A DNA stretch of 63,979 nucleotides, filler included, from Lenisia limosa (lineage: Eukaryota > Protista > Breviatea): assembly GCA_001655205.1 (NCBI GenBank). It is 19 parts of 19 records of this genome, joined end to end, with 100 filler letters (N's around TTAATTAATTAA, not from the genome) between each part and the next. Parts side by side here need not be neighbours in the genome. Positions count along the whole stretch, not along the records: positions 61,497 to 62,779 come from LPNZ01002416.1; positions 62,880 to 63,979 come from LPNZ01001161.1; 17 more parts are not named here. One strand, written 5' to 3'. This document shows positions 62,270-63,979 of the stretch, one piece after another. The notes beneath the pieces are model-generated. The model saw only the letters and a program-made list of their open reading frames with translations. It made no database searches and had not been told where the DNA came from. A program made the position numbers and the translations under genes. Each line of letters begins with the position of its first letter. The stretch's first letter is position 1.

Positions 62270-62595
62270 TCCGGGACATGTTAGTGTACCGAAAGGAGTC
62301 AAGCAGCATGGAGCTTCATTCCTACAACATAAAAAATGGTCTGTTTTTCTCATCACCTACTAACGATCGCCTCTGAATATCCAGTTCACCCCCCCCCCCA
62401 CATATTACGCATATTATCACAATATTGGTGTTTTTTTTCCGAACCAATAAACAAATTGGATTTTAATATTATGTTTATTAATTTTTTCCCACATTCTCTC
62501 ACACTACAGGGACATGGTCAGCCTTCCCTAAGCCTCCTCATGTTGACGGATGCGAGACGAACATGCTTCTCTTCGAGAATGATGGACTTCTTTAT
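62270..62595 (+). CDS. Two exons of a possible beta-propeller (kelch-like) protein
   Basis: Frame-consistent join RDMLVYRKESSSMELHSYNIKN|GTWSAFPKPPHVDGCETNMLLFENDGLLY; only the Y....TW spacing suggests a kelch-like repeat. Confidence 0.35.
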
Positions 62596-63062
62596 GTAGG
62601 CGTTGGACTGATTGTTTCGTTTGATTTGAGGTTATCACAGTTGTTTTATATTATGTGTATAATGTATAGCGTATCCTGGGGAGGCACGCAGAAAGTTGTG
62701 TGCACAGAGTTGTATGGCAAATGATTGGGTGAATTAATACTATACTATAATCCAATATCCCTTATAAGCGTGATGGTGTNNNNNNNNNNNNNNNNNNNNN
62801 NNNNNNNNNNNNNNNNNNNNNNNTTAATTAATTAANNNNNNNNNNNNNNNNNNNNNNNNNNNNNNNNNNNNNNNNNNNNGTTCTCTTTCACTGCTTTGAT
62901 GAGGGTTTTCTTTTGACATCGACCTGAGTTTCTCTTACACTACGGCGCTTTGAAGTCCATGCGACGTAGTGTTTGGGTGTTCAAGTGGTGGTGGGACTCT
63001 TCTAATGCTAACAGTCTCTATTGAAACTAGGACCATAGCTATCCGGCGTTTAAACTTGCACC

Positions 63063-63130
63063 TCGGGCTTAACTTCGGTTCCAAAAATACCGGTAAAATA
63101 TCTATAATTTCGAACTGAAGTGAAGCCCTG
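63063..63130. mobile_element. Family B MITE, internally deleted
   Basis: TCGGGCTTAACTTCGGTT...AACTGAAGTGAAGCCCTG; flanks CTTGCACC and CTTGTGCC. Confidence 0.85.
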
Positions 63131-63256
63131 CTTGTGCCATAAAGTTTTATGGGTTGCACTTGTGATTGTGTTTTTTGTTTAGAGTTTCAGATTATTCGGT
63201 TCCTTTACAACAATTCTTCATTGAAATTTCCATCCTTTCACCTCTGCTCCCTCCAG

Positions 63257-63972
63257 GTGTTTCGCAAGAACCCCATCCCGGAATATGAGAAGCTCTCCTT
63301 TTCGTTAACCTACAACAACAAGGGCAAACCGAAGACATTGGACGTTGTCTGTAAAGGTTCGAGCTTTGGAATTGAGCAGGGTTACCCTACTCTCCGAAAA
63401 AGACCAATAAAAATCGATATTTATCGAGGGTTTATCGAGGGTTTGTCGAGGGTTGGTTTATCGAGGGTTTATCGAGACCACATGGAAGCCCTAATACCAC
63501 GTTGAAACAAACATTTTTATCTAATGCCACCCCATTCAAGTCCACTCTAACGATCACAGATCGCCGTGAGTTCTCGTGCTGGGTTATTGGACTGAAGGCC
63601 CTAACTGAGAAGAAGGCTACGGCTTCCGCAGGCACAAGTGGGGGGGGGGGGCTATGATATGATTGGGAGAATATTTATTGTGTAATATTGTGTAATACTG
63701 TAATAATATTGTATAAAATTGTAATATAGGAGCTGAAGCGACTGTTATCAACCCTTGTGTGTTGTCAAACAGTTGATTTGGCTTTTTTTTGTTTCATAAA
63801 TTTTCCTTCGTTTTACTCCCCCCTCCCCCTAGCACACTCCACAATGAAGCTCAAGCCACCCGAAGTTGCCATTCCCAACGGTTCCAGCAGCGGTGGTGAC
63901 GTGTACACCTGGGGAGACGGCAGCAGGGGCAGGCTCGGTCATGGTGACACCATCTCGCTTCCGCAGCCCAAG
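63257..63972 (+). CDS. PH-domain + RCC1-repeat protein (PRAF/RLD-like architecture), partial
   Basis: Exons 63257-63356 VFRKNPIPEYEKLSFSLTYNNKGKPKTLDVVCK, 63560-63637 DRREFSCWVIGLKALT... and 63833-63972 ...GGDVYTWGDGSRGRLGHGDTISLPQPK join in frame. Confidence 0.8.
63744..63832 (+). repeat. Family C element forming the 3' ~45% of a 195-bp intron
   Basis: GTTATCAACCCTTGTGTGTTGTCAAACAGTTGATTTGGC..TTTCATAAATTTTCCTTCGTTTTACTCCCCCCTCCCCCTAG|RCC1 exon. Confidence 0.9.
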
Positions 63973-63979
63973 GTGGGGG

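Overview
Eukaryotic, intron-dense genomic DNA. A free-living protist such as an amoebozoan is my guess from gene content; it is not shown directly. The window is a concatenation of about 19 assembly pieces joined by an artificial spacer (44 N + TTAATTAATTAA + 44 N, 18 times), so adjacency across spacers is not biological, and the supplied ORF track mostly reports single exons or spurious frames. Manual exon joining recovers fragments of a P4-ATPase flippase, a Cid1/Trf4-type terminal nucleotidyltransferase, two ankyrin-repeat proteins, a PH+RCC1 (PRAF/RLD-like) protein, an IPT/TIG-repeat protein, an RRM protein with a Q/M-rich tail, a DENN-like protein, an R/D-rich coiled-coil protein, an intron-containing pogo/Tc5-like transposase DNA-binding region, and one tRNA-Leu(AAG). 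Introns hold at least five dispersed repeat families: a hAT-type MITE with 8-bp TSDs, a TA-flanked Tc1/pogo-type MITE, a long-TIR MITE, a ~170-bp hairpin-rich repeat (family D), and family C. Family C is the most unusual signal: its poly-C end sits at exon-intron boundaries. In sense orientation it ends ...TTTTACTC(n)YAG and supplies the 3' splice region of at least 10 introns; in reverse orientation a similar end (GT-G(n)-GTAA) opens introns. This suggests an introner-like or splice-site-coupled element system, unproven without RNA-seq and genome-wide counts.
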